From assembly GCF_963921235.1 (NCBI RefSeq), contig NC_086118.1:18912001-18976000 (forward strand): a DNA stretch of 64,000 nucleotides, written 5' to 3'. The stretch's first letter is position 1, and every line of letters starts with the position of its first letter. Positions 52,001 through 64,000 of the stretch are shown one piece after another. This stretch comes from Mobula hypostoma. Lineage: Eukaryota. The translations under genes were made by a program, and so were the position numbers. The notes under the pieces were generated by a model, which saw nothing but the letters and a program-made list of their open reading frames with translations, searched no databases and had not been told where the DNA came from.

Positions 52001-52634
52001 TAGGGAAGGTCCTCTGGTGAGGAAGCTGAGATGTAGAGTGACTTTGATCACCGTAGAGAGAACTATCAGAGCACAAGAACCGGAGCAAAGGTCTTCCTGC
52101 AGTATTTCACACATCTTTGTGATATCAAATTGGAAACCTGAGACTGTGAAGATATTATTCATCAGAGCAGAAAACTCTGGATATTATGTTTCCAAAAGCT
52201 CTGTGGGCATGCATACCTAGCTGATGAGGATGTCATAGCCTCTTTCCTTGCGATCCCTAATCCACCCTCCATCACCTCAGTGACATCTTCAGATTTGTCT
52301 CCATTGAGTCTCCAGTCAATGAGGACGTCGGCTGCTAAATACTGACAAAAGTTCTCCTTGTTAGTTGCAACATGTTCTGTGGACCCTTGGAGGCATCTTG
52401 AGAAGCCTGCAATTAGATCTGAAGTCAGCCCATCAAGTATTTCTGCAGAATGGCCCGTTAAATAGAGATTAAAGCAACAAAGCAGAGCAAGGTAGCTGTG
52501 GTTATATTGTGACTATTCAATGGTCTAGCTCATATTGACAAGAAGAAACATACTGTACCATGTGTATGTTATCTGACCTGAGAAAATGCCACACATGCTA
52601 GTGTGAATAGATCATGCAAATGCCCAACCTAATT

Positions 52635-55370
52635 TCTTGATGGATGTAATTCCAGACATTAGTGAGACTTGGTTGCAAGGGAGAGAGGATTGGCAGCTTA
52701 GTATTCTAAGTTTCTAATGTTTTAAATGTGATAGAGTGGGAGGGGTTAAAGGACGAGTGGTGGCATTACTAGTCAGTGAAAATATCATGGCAGTGCTCAA
52801 TCAGGACTGACTGGAGAGCTCGTCTTATGAGGCTTCATGGGTGGAACAGAGGAATAAGAAAGTTATGGCCACATTAATGGAGTTATATTATAGACCACCC
52901 AGTAGTCCACAAGATTTAGAGAAACAGATCTGTAGACAGTTGCAAAAAACATAAAGTTATAATAGTAGGTGATTTTAACTATCCACAGTATGGGACTCCC
53001 ATACTATGAAACTGATGGAATAGATTTTGTGAATGTGTTCAGGAAAGTTTCTTTAGTAAATACATAGAAGTCTCAACAAGCGAGTGTGCGTTACTTGATC
53101 TCCTATTGGTGAATGAGCCAGGGTAGGTGACAGAAGTTTCTGTAAGGAACATTTGCATCTAGTGATCATAATGCCATTAGTTTCAAAGATAGAAAATATG
53201 GGAAAAGATAGGTTTTGTCCAATGGCTGAGATTCTAAATTGGAGAAAAGCCAATTTTGGTGGTATAGTATCAGAAAGGATCTAGTAAGTATGGATTAAGA
53301 CAGGCCATTTTCTGGCAAAGCTGTACTTGGTAAGTGGGAGTCCTTCTAAAGTGAAATTTTGAGAGTAGAAAGCTTGTATGTGCTTGTCAGAATAAAAGAT
53401 ACAGATAACAGGTGTAGAGAGCCTTGGTTTTCAAGATATATTGAGGACCTGGTTAAGGAAAAAATGGAGGTGCATAGCAAATATTGCAGGTAGGAACAAA
53501 TGAGGTAATTATGGAGTATAAGAAATGCAAGAGAACACTGAAGAAAGAAATCAGGAGGGCTAAAAGAAGGCATAAAGTTTCCATAGCAGACAAGGTGAAG
53601 AAGAATACTGAGGGATTCTACAGTTATTTTAAGAGCAAAATGTTTGTAAGGGAAAAAAAATTGGTCCTCTGGAAGATCAGAATTGTAATCTATGCGTAGA
53701 ACCAAAAGATATGGAGGAGATTTAAAATAGATTATTTGCATCTACATTTACTGGAAGATAGACACAGAACCTATAGAAGTGAGGCAAAGTAGCAGTGAAA
53801 TCATGTACCCTATACAGGTTACACAGCTGGAGGTGTTTGCTCTCTTGAGGCAAATTTGGGTGGTTAAACCCTTAGAGCCTCTCAGGGTTTTCCCTCGGAT
53901 CCTGTGGGAGGCAAGTGCAGAAATTCTAGTAGCCGTAGCAGCGATATTTAAATCGTCCTTAGCGACAGGGGAGGTACTGGAGCATTGGAGGATAGCTAAT
54001 GTTGTTACGCTATGGGAAAGTTATTGGAAGGTATTCTAAAGGACCAGGTTATGTGAGTACTTGGATAGACGAGGACCGACTAGGGATAGTCAGCACGACT
54101 TTGTGTAGTCAGTTGTATCTAACTAATCAAGGAGTTTTTTGGGGAATTTACCAGGAAAGTTGACGAGGGAAAAGCAATGGATGCTTTTTACATGGACTTC
54201 AGCACGGCATTTGACAAGGTCCCACATGGGAGGTTGGCCAAGAAGGTTCAGTCGCTTGGCATTCAAGATCAGGTGGTAAATTGGATTAGATATTGGCTTT
54301 GTGGGAGAAGCCAGAAAGTGTTAGTAGATGGTTGCCTCTAAGACTGGAGGCCTGTGACTAGTGGTGTGCCACAGGTATCGGCGATGGGTTCATTGTTGTT
54401 TGTCATCTATATCAATGATCTGGATGATAATGCGTTTAACTGGATGAGCAAATTTGTGGAATGCACAAAGATTGGGGATGTGGTGGACAGCAAGGAAGAC
54501 TATCAGAGCTGCAGAGAGATCTGGACCAGCAAGAAAAATGGACTGAAAAATGGCAGATGAAATTTAATGCCGGCAAGTGCAAGGTGTTTCACCTCAGTAC
54601 GGTCAACTAGGGTTGGTCTTACACAATGAATGGTAGGGATACCGAGGAGTGTGGTAGAAGAAAGGGATCTGGGAATACAGATCCATAATTCCTTGAAAGT
54701 GGTGTCACAAGTAGATAGGGTCATGAAGAAAGCTTTTGACACACTGACCTTCATAAATCAAAGTACTGAGTACAGGAGATGGAACGTTATTTTGAAGTTG
54801 TAAATGACATTGGTGAGGCTTAATTCGGAGAAATATGCGTAATTTTGGTCACCTATCTACATGAAAGAATTAAATATGATTCAAAGAGTACATATAAAAT
54901 TACAAGCATGTTGCCAGAATTGGAGGACCGAAGTTCTAAGGAAAGATTGAATAGGTTAGGACTTCATTCCTTGGAACGTAGAAGATTGAGGGGAGCTTTG
55001 ATAGAGGTGTACAAAATCATGATGGGTATAGACAGGGTAAATGCAAGCAGGATTTTTTCCACCTAGGCTGAGTGGGACTACAACTACAGGTCAAGAGTTA
55101 AGGCTGAAAGGTGAAAAGTTTAAGGGGAACAAGAGGGGAATCTTCTTCACTCAGAGGGTTGTGAGAGTGTGAAACAAACTTCCAGTGCAGGCGGTGCATG
55201 CGAGCTCAGTTTCAATGTTTAAGAGAAGTCTGGATAGGTGCAGTACATGGGAAGGGTGTAGAGGGCTATCGTCCAGGTGCAGGTCAATGGGACTAGGCAG
55301 TTTAAATATTTCAGCACAGACTAGAAGGGCTGAAGGGCCTGTTTCTGTGGTGTACTTTTTTATGACTATG
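52635..55370 (+). mobile_element. Degenerate CR1 LINE with most of ORF2 (APE + RT)
   Basis: ISETWL, YYRPP, GDFN and SDH (APE); MDFSTAFDKVPH and SGVPQ..LLFVIYINDLD (RT); many stops. Confidence 0.92.
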
Positions 55371-58300
55371 ATTAAAATAATTACTAATGCAATCTAAGTC
55401 AAGTTAAGTAATTTTTAATTAAGTTTGTTGTTTAAACGCAGGTGCTGCTCAGTGCAATATCCTGATTAATGAACTTAATATATATCCCACGGTTTCCTGT
55501 GCATAGTTCTAGTCACTGAGGACATTCTGACATTACAGAGGACACAAATGGAAACAACTAAACTGACAGTGAAAAGTTAAACACCTGGGGAAGAAGTCAT
55601 TGGTGCTAAATGGGCAGTATAGTGTTGGGTGCACACTGGTGTCCCATCCTGATATTTAATTCCCCAATGGAGGCAGAATACAAATGTGTCAACTGCTATA
55701 TGCACTTTATTTAAATGACTAAGGTAAATTATGAGCTATTATCTTGTAATTACCATAATATCAAATAGCTATCATCATCAGGTTATCAACATAAACTGTT
55801 AATTAACATTGCTGTTTGTGGGAACCTGCTGTGTTCCAATTGGTTATCTACAAAAGTGATTACACATCATCACGAAATACTTCAGTTGCAGTAGTATTTT
55901 CTGAGACAATGAAAGGCACAAAGCAAAGGCAACCTATTCTTTTTAACCTGATGAATGGATAGCAGGGTTGTTTGTGGAAGAGCAAAATTAATTGTAACAG
56001 ATTTCTAATTTGAGATGATTTCCCTTGAAATGACCATGCATTCCTGTGCTTCCAATGACCAAAGCATGATCTCTTTTGAGGTTTTAAGGTTTCACAAGAA
56101 GTGTGAATACAAAAAAGGACCGTCCGATGAGACAATCAAAGTAATTTTTTTAAAAAAAGCATGTGCCTGGAGTTTTGTGGCCATATGAAGAATACATCCA
56201 GAAGCTGATTTAAACTTGTGAGAAGCATGCAAATAGAAAATTCTATCCACTCACCTGTTTCCTACAATAATGGTACTGAAAATGTCCAGAGCAAAGCCCT
56301 GTTTTTCACACATCTGAAGCTCTAATAAATACAGGTAGAGTTAATAATTTATATGGTTTGGAGCAAAATACTTTCTGAACTTTAGCTTTCTATACACCTG
56401 TCAAAAAGAAAGGAATGAAATTTAGACCTTTAATTAGCCTACTCTCAAAGTCCCAATTATAAATTGAACATTACATTTCCTAATTCTGTTCTGCTTCAGA
56501 ATCCTATGCTTGCTGCAAGGACAGGCAATATTCTTCATAAATTAGATCTTAAAGTGAGATTCTTCGAAAACCAAGATGTAAAATTTGCTTTTACAAGACA
56601 GCAATTGAAGTGCTAGGCTCACAATTAGATAGCTTTTAAGTTTAATTTAACAGGAAACCTCCCTTGCATGCTCCTACTAAATGGACAGTAAATGAAGCAG
56701 CCATTTTTCATTTCCATGATAGTTCATTTTAGGTCTAATGATAGTATGATCTGAACTTGATTCTGGACAGGTCAGTCAGTGGAACATTACTAATAATTTT
56801 GAAAGCCCAGAAGATCTATTCCATTCTCGTTGAGAAATCAGGGAGCAGAGGGCGTCTTTGCTGCAGTATCTTATATAAAATAAGCAGTTCCTCATCATCT
56901 GAAACAGGGCTGAGTATATCAATGGTCGACTAGATTTAAAAGAGAAAAATGTGTGTTTTTCCGTAATTTTAAAAATAGCTCAGGAGCAAGGTTTTCAGTT
57001 AGAACCATATTGCCTTATTCTTTGCCTACTCAAATAACTGTTCAAATAGGTGGTATATTTTTAAGGAAGGCATGGAGCACTAAACTTTCCCAAGTGAAGG
57101 AAGTTTGATATTATCAGGTTACCTCTGCATTTCTGCAGAAGATACAGAAGTAAACTAAGTATAAGTTTTATTTACAGCATTATTCTTATCATTCCATCAG
57201 TTCATTCATGGCACTCCGACCACTCCGGTTGAAATGTTCTGATTACTACCTGTTCCGGCATTCCCATATTGTCAATATAGTGCCAGGGTTTGGATGACTA
57301 AGTCTCATGTTCAAAGTAAAGAGGAATATAGAAATGTTTAATGTTGCATTTTGATGTTTGCCTTTATTTATAAATCCATGCATGGAAAACCTTTTTTCAT
57401 CGAATCGTAGCTATGTTCACGGAGAAGGGAAAACACTATTATATCAACCAGATATTAAGACACTTTGCAACAGGTCTACAGTTCAAAACTGCTTCACTGG
57501 TAGAAAGCCCCTTTTGGACGTACTTAAAAGGCTCTGTAAGAAGATAAATATAAATTCAGTAGCTACCTGAAAAGTTTAATTTGAATACAATTCATTCTTT
57601 CCTTTAATAAATCTCCCGGGGAAGGAAATTATTAAAATGCCTCAGTGGTCTAAATAATGAAAGTTGCAAACCCAATCATTGTGATGAAAGTTGGTTGAGA
57701 GAACCTTCCCAGCTTCCTCAAAACACTGACTTGATTAGATTTACCTCACCACAATCAAAAGGAACACTGAGGATGCTAGATCAGTACTGCTATATTGACC
57801 AGTTCAGGGTCATGTCCAAAATGGAGGCGAACAGCAGATGGCTCCTCTTCCAAAACCCGACAGAACAGTGATTCCTAAACGGAGATGGTACCGCACCCCC
57901 CTCCCCCAAAGAGGAGGCTACATGTCCAAAGGAGGCATCAGGAGAAATAGGCTGTTAGTAGAGCTGGCTCTTTCAAAAAAAAGGATGAGGCACTGGAACA
58001 TGGAAAGAACCAGAGCTCTGCAGGCGGTCAGCACTCATCGCAACGTGTCTGAAACTCAGCAATCTCATCCAAACTAACCAACAAAACAGACATTGTTGGG
58101 GATGCATAAATTAGCAACCCGAGTGCCCAACATTTCCCCTTGACTCACAGCACAGAATGAGTTCATGCAAATTAACAGTTGTTAAGTCAAGTACACCCTC
58201 TCAACTCTTTCTACAGATCTATGGAAAGCAGGTCGTGCAACGTTACAGCACTGGCTGGAACCAAATGTTGAAATAGAGTCTATCAGTGAACCTGCCATCC

Positions 58301-58619
58301 CTGGGGACTCCTCTTGAAGTGTTCATATGCACAGTCAGGAACCATCATTGGGGATTATGTGGCCTTAGATGATTGGTCATTTGTGTTAAGTGGCATCGTA
58401 TAAAGGTAGCGTGACTAACATTCAGATTCCAATCTGAATCCTTGTCAACGTAATTTTCATTGTTGCAATCATCTTCATCTTCGCCTCGCTGTTCCTTTGT
58501 TGCCGCTACCATCGGTCTATTCGTGTCAACTCACTACCATTATCAACATCCAAAAGGCATTCCCAGTTTGTGTTCATTTTTTAATTTAATTGAGCTCCAT
58601 TAATCTTGGATATATATGA

Positions 58620-60896
58620 ATAGCTTGATCTCTATGCCTGTAAAGTCTTGAATTCTAAGCCTGCGAAGAAACAGGAACTATAGAAAGTGCATCAATACAC
58701 TGTTACATACCTGGAATATGGATTTATTCCATTCCCATCAAATCAGTGACACCTCATGTGTCTTATTTGTAATATTGTACTGTCTAACAACCTCCTCATG
58801 GACCATTACTTTGACATGGTGAGGGGGCTTGTGCATCTCAGTGAGGCTATGTAGAACTACTCAAGATGGACATGTCATGGCAGAGAGGTCAGACTAAATA
58901 TGGTCTAATGGGGAAGGAAATGGCAACCCATTCTAGTAATTTACCAAGAAAAGCTTATGGATAAATTCCATGAGGTCAGAAACAGTCGGGCTAGACTTAA
59001 CAACTAAACAACAATTGTCTAATGAAGCCATGAAACCATAAAAATTGCAGGAACACTTCCGTAAAAGACACTCTGAAAAGGCTACTTATGGAATTATTCA
59101 GTTCCAGAAGATGAGAGAAGCATTTGAAAAGCGTTGCACACTTGAGTCATTTACCAAGCTAAAAATGGTCTCATTCCTTCTTATAACATTTCCAAAATGA
59201 TAGCAAAGTGTAGAAAATCTCATACAATTGGTGAAAGTTTAATAATGCCCGCTATATCAGAAGAGCTCACTACTGTTCTCAAAATGGATGCCAATATTTT
59301 AAAATCAGTTCCTCTGAGTAATAACTCTGTAGCTTGTCATACTGACAAAATGAGTGAAGACATTGAGTATCAGCTATGCACAGAGCTACAAAAAACACAG
59401 AATTTGGAATACAACTGGATGAGTCAATTGTTTGAGACAACAAGGCATTGCTAATGGCATATGAATGGTTTATCAAAAGTGAGAAAGTTTATGAAGAGAA
59501 TCTCTTTTGTAAAAAACTAAAAACAAATATCAATGGAGAGTCAGTCTATGACAAAGTCAAAATGTATATTGAGGATAACAGTATTCCAATTAGGAACATG
59601 ATTTCTTGTGCAACAGATGGAGCACCATATATGACAGGTTGCCATGCTGGTTCAGTGGCATTTATGAAAAAATAACTTCCAAGACTGTTTGCAATCCATT
59701 GTGCAATTTATCATCAACATCTCACAGCCAAAACACTCAACTAGTGACTTTTTTCAAGCATGACTCTTGTAATATCTGCTATAAACAAAATTAAAGCTTA
59801 TCCATTAAATAGCAGAATATTTCTCCAGTTATGCCAAGATAATGATGAAGAGTTTGAACATTTGCTTCTTCACACTGAAGTGCATTGGCTGACAAAAGAC
59901 TGCTGCTTAAATTGTTTCTTTGATCTTTTAGACTCTGGTTGAATTTCTTCTCGAAGTCAACAAGAGCTTGGGAAACAAGATTGAACTTTTACGTGGAGCT
60001 GTGCATACCAAACTATCTGTATGGCAAAGTGAATTCTAAATAGGAAACTGCAGGGTGAGAATTTCAATTTATTCCAGACAAAAAGTGCAGTGTCCACTTT
60101 CATCAGATAATTAGAAATATATAAGCAAAACATTGAGAGAAGAATGTTCTCACAGTTTCTCTGCATGAAAAGTATGGCATTCTCTTTCACAGACAGTGAT
60201 TTGCAAGAGTACTGCTCACACCTGCAGTCACTGAAGAACGATTTTCTGAATCGATTCAAGGATTGGAATGATATGAAAATTCTGGACTGGGTAATCAACC
60301 CATTTCTTTGCAAGGTGGAAGAACAGGAAGAGAGCTTGTAAGAAGAAATTATTGAAATTCAGAATGGTGAAGAAGCAAAAATGCTATTCAAAAATGTCAG
60401 CTTTTGTGGTATGTGGCTATACTGTCATACAAAGTTTCCCGGTCTTCAGAAAAAAAGCCAAACTGCTATTCATTGCATTTCCATCCTCCTACCTTGTTGA
60501 AAGAGGCTTCAGTGGAGTGAACCACATACTCACAAAATACAGCAACTGCTTGGATATTGTTACACGTGGGGACTTATGGCTTTTGCTGTCACAACTTGAA
60601 CCAGATATTTCAACTCGTGCTGAAAATCGTCAAGCTCAAAGATCACTTTGATATTGAAGCTGCTGTATAACTCACAGGTACTGTGTAAACTGGGTTTAAA
60701 GACAAATAAAAATTTAAAGCAGAATCATTTTTTTTCATGGTGGCATACGGCAGACATATTTTCACACTATGGGGATGCTGGAAAGTATATTGTGCCTAAG
60801 AGGGGCATTAGCAAGCATGACACTGCTTTAGGGGAACCTTGGCAAGTATGAAGGTGCTTTAGGGGGTGTTGGGCTAAAAAAGGTTGAGAAACGCTG
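58620..60896 (+). mobile_element. hAT (Buster/Charlie, ZBED5/SCAND3-like) transposase pseudogene with 3' terminal inverted repeat (TIR)
   Basis: YLEYGFI..MCLIC..LSNEAMKP; KSHTIGESLIMPA; QLDES; ATDGAP; IHC..H; TEVHWL; FPSSYLVERGFS. 3' TIR gttgagaaacgctg ends at 60896. Multiple stops and frameshifts. Confidence 0.9.
58788..59015 (+). mobile_element. BovB/Bov-A-like short RTE-derived element
   Basis: TSD tgtctaa at 58781-58787 and 59016-59022. Motifs ggtgagggggcttg, caagatggacatgtcatgg, ggaaggaaatggcaacccattctagta, tccatgaggtc; (CAA)n tail. Confidence 0.75.
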
Positions 60897-61834
60897 CTGT
60901 AGCAGTTAATGAAAGTCACACTTAAATACAAGAATTTTAATTGTGAGTTTCACAGAACAGCGTTGCTACACTTTCCTGTGTCATACAAATGATCATTCTA
61001 ATGATCATTGTTTCCAGTCCCTGCAAAAGCAATCAAATACTGAAATGTCACTAAGCAGGATTTTTGACCAACATAAGTTGGACAATTCAGATCAATTGAC
61101 CGTATCCATTTTACAACTGAGGTTCTAAGTTACTCAGCAGAGCTAGCCATTTCTTGATTACTTTTTCAATATTATAATTAGATTTTTATTTCCTTAATGA
61201 TGTTCCTGACTTTGAAATTATTGATTTCCTTCTGAACGCATCTTGTCGAACTTTCTATTAATACATGGAGTTAGAGTACTGATTCAAAATAATAATTGTT
61301 GTTCTAGTTTTGACCTTACTGCAGTTATACTGTAATCATTCAGATATTTATGCAAGCTGACTATTTCAAATAAATATGGCACTACATTAACTCTTCACAG
61401 CACCAAGCCCATGTAATCACTGAAACATCAACCTGAATAATGATGAGTACTTGCCCAAACAATGGAAAGTATTCCAAAAATATCACTTCTAGCAATTCAC
61501 ATATAATTGGTGCATCGATATAGATTTATTGGAACACTCAATCTTTTTTAGAGTAGTTAGCTAGTAATTGATGTCCCATGAATAGATATAATTTTGCACA
61601 AATAACTTTTTTTCTTAATAAAGATAACACTCCTTAGTACAACTCACAGAATAGAGACTTTGATTTTAGTGAATCTCTCCTCCTGACTTTATCATGTGCC
61701 ATTAATGCACTGTGAAATTGCTGCTTCATGAAATTAATATGGAACACAGAATAAACAGTAAATTGTTAGCATAGTTTATTTTTTCCTCATTTGAAATTAC
61801 TGCCATCTTTAATGGGAATAAAATGAGAGCAATT

Positions 61835-62330
61835 TATGGATGCTATAGAGAGGGTGCCGAGAAGATTTACAAGGATGTTGCCTGGATTGGAGAGCGTGCC
61901 TCATGAGAATAGTTTGCGTGAACTTGGCCTTTTATCCTTGGAGCGACAGAGGATGAGAGGTGACCTGATAGAGGTGTATAGAGGCATTGATCGTGTGGAT
62001 AGTCAGAGGCTTCTTCCCGGGGCTGAAGTGGCTGACATGAGGGGGCATAGTTTTAAGTTGCTTTGAAGTAGGTACAAGGGAGATGTCAGAGTTAAGTTTT
62101 TCACACAGAGAGTGGTGAGTTTGGGGAATGCACTGCCAGTGAAGGTGATAGAGGCAGATAGAATTGGGTCTTTTAAGAGAGTCTTAGATAGGTACATGGA
62201 GCTTAGAAAAATAAAGGGCTATGCGGTAGGGAAATTCTTGGCAACTGCTAGAGCAGGTTATATGGTCGGCACAACATTGTGGGCCGAAGGGCCTGTAATG
62301 TGCGGTAGATTTTCTATATTCTATGTTCTG
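61835..62330 (+). mobile_element. CR1 3' end
   Basis: IERVPRRFTRMLPGLE...RMRGDLIEVY. Confidence 0.9.
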
Positions 62331-62454
62331 TCGTATCATCGCACCTATATCAGGAGGGAGCCCTGAACTTATAGGAACAAAACCAGTTCATATTAGACCC
62401 AGGACGTACTGCAGCAAAACTGGCAAATCAGAGATGCCTAAAGAAGCTATTTTT

Positions 62455-62975
62455 CCAAATAAATGCTTCTCGGGCTTCCAGATGGGTACAGGTATCAATT
62501 ATAACTGGCGTTTCGATGCCAAATTCTGCCATCTCCATCTGGGATGAAGCACTGTAAAAAGGCACTGGGCTTTGTTCACATCAGTTACCATAGTTTCACG
62601 GCTTAATTATGGGTTTTTCACCCTTTTGTTAATAACTGTGCTCAGAAAACGTTGGCAATTGTAACTTCGCTATTTATTCCTGATGAAGATGGTGAAGTGT
62701 GTCGTTGAAACGTTGGTTATAATCAACACCTCTACCTGGAAGCCCGAGAAGAGTTTATTCATCATATAGACTGGGAAAGTAGTTGATCTTTTTAAAAACT
62801 TTTTTTTTTGCCTGAAACCAAAATGGTCATCTTCTAGAATAAGAACCAAAAATGGCACTGAGTTTTGCTCACATCGGCCATCCTAGTTTCACGGCTTACT
62901 TGTGGGTTTTTCACCCTTTCTTTAATAACTATGCTCGGAAAATGTTGGCAAGTGTTGGCAAGTGTGACTTCACTA
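62455..62975. mobile_element. Third Penelope-like terminal-repeat cluster (inverted and direct duplications)
   Basis: About 62460-62550 is inverted relative to ~62675-62760, and ~62555-62675 is directly repeated at ~62848-62978. Contains CTGATGA(62680)...GAAA(62707)CGTT. Confidence 0.6.
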
Positions 62976-63039
62976 TCTCCATGCTTGCTATTACTCATGA
63001 GCAAGACAAAAAGAGTTAAGAAATATCAAGAAAGATCAT

Positions 63040-64000
63040 TAGAAAATCTGCAGATGCTGGAAATCCAAAGCAACACACACGTAATGCTGGAGGAACTCAG
63101 CAGGTCAGGCAGCATCTTTGGAAAAGAATAAACAGTTGATGTTTCAGGCTAAGACCCTTCATCAGAAAGAAAGGGGAGAGGTCAGAGTAAGAAGGTTGAG
63201 GGAGGGGAGGAAGAAGTACAAGGTGGCAAGTGATGGATGAAACCGGGAGAGGAGGAGGGGGTGGTGTAATGAGCTGGGAAGTTGTTTGGAGAAAGAGATA
63301 AGGGCTGGAGAAGGGGGAAATCTGATAGGAGAGGACAGAACACCATTGAAGAAATGGAAGGGGGAGGAGTATCAGAGGAAAGTGATGGGCAGCTAAGGAG
63401 ATAAAGTGAGAGAGGGAAACAGGAATGGAGAATGAATGGGGAATGGGGAAACTACTTCACCATTTAGTTCCAGCCAGCACAGCATCGTTGCACGACCTGC
63501 TTTCTGTAGATCTGTAGAAAGAGTTGAGAGGGTGTACTTGACTTAATAACCGTTAAATTGCATGAACTCGTTCTGTGCCACGAGTCAAAGGGAACTGTTG
63601 GGCACCCTGGTTGCTAACAGAAAAAGAAAAGGGGTGGGGCAATTACCGGAAGTTTGAGAAATCGTTGATCATGCCATCAGGTTGGAGGCTACTCTGACAG
63701 AATATAAGGTGTTGCTCCCCCAAACTGAGTATGGCTTCATCACGGGAGCTGACCAGGCCATGGACTGACATGTCAGAATGGGAATGGGAAGTCGAATTGA
63801 AATGGGTGGCCACCGGGAGATCCTGCTCTTTGTGTCGGACGGAACAAAGCAGTCTCCCAATGTACGTAGGGCCTCACCGATATACAGGAGGCCACATCAG
63901 GAGCACCAAATACAGTAGATGACCCCAATAGATTTGCAGTTGAAGTGTTGCCTCACCTGGAAGGACTGTTTAGGATCCTGAATGGTAGTGAGGAAGGAGG
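63040..64000 (-). mobile_element. Penelope-like element (same family as 33970-35005), runs off the window end
   Basis: Reverse complement of the 34270-34990 GIY-YIG and terminal-repeat sequence; interrupted by an insert at 63452-63617. Confidence 0.85.

Noticed and set aside
58620..60650. Domesticated ZBED/SCAND3-like gene
   Set aside because: Many stops, frameshifts and a retroelement insertion; it is a dead transposon copy.
1..64000. CRISPR array, operon or other prokaryote-type novel system
   Set aside because: No regularly spaced repeat-spacer array and no long intact ORFs; the sequence is vertebrate intronic DNA.

Overview
Repeat-rich eukaryotic DNA whose repeat content (CR1, Rex1/Babar, V-SINE, Penelope) suggests a cartilaginous fish, probably a ray; this is inferred from the repeats alone. 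The only host coding feature I can support is one 158-nt internal exon on the minus strand (33360->33203), matching exon 2 of SHISA6/CKAMP52, an AMPA-receptor auxiliary subunit. The neighbouring exons were not found, so the window is probably all SHISA6 introns 1 and 2. The rest is decayed and nested transposons (CR1, Rex1/Babar, L1/Tx1, RTE-derived elements, SINEs, Penelope-like elements, a Tc1 remnant, a hAT/Buster remnant). Most ORF-track entries are repeat fragments or noise. No new multi-gene system is evident. Best leads: (i) hammerhead-ribozyme motifs from three Penelope-like families, one with an intact core in the SHISA6 sense orientation; (ii) a perfect 108-bp palindrome; (iii) a candidate poison exon next to SHISA6 exon 2; (iv) a BovB/Bov-A-like short element inside a hAT transposase. 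Repeat boundaries are by eye and approximate unless a target-site duplication (TSD) is given.
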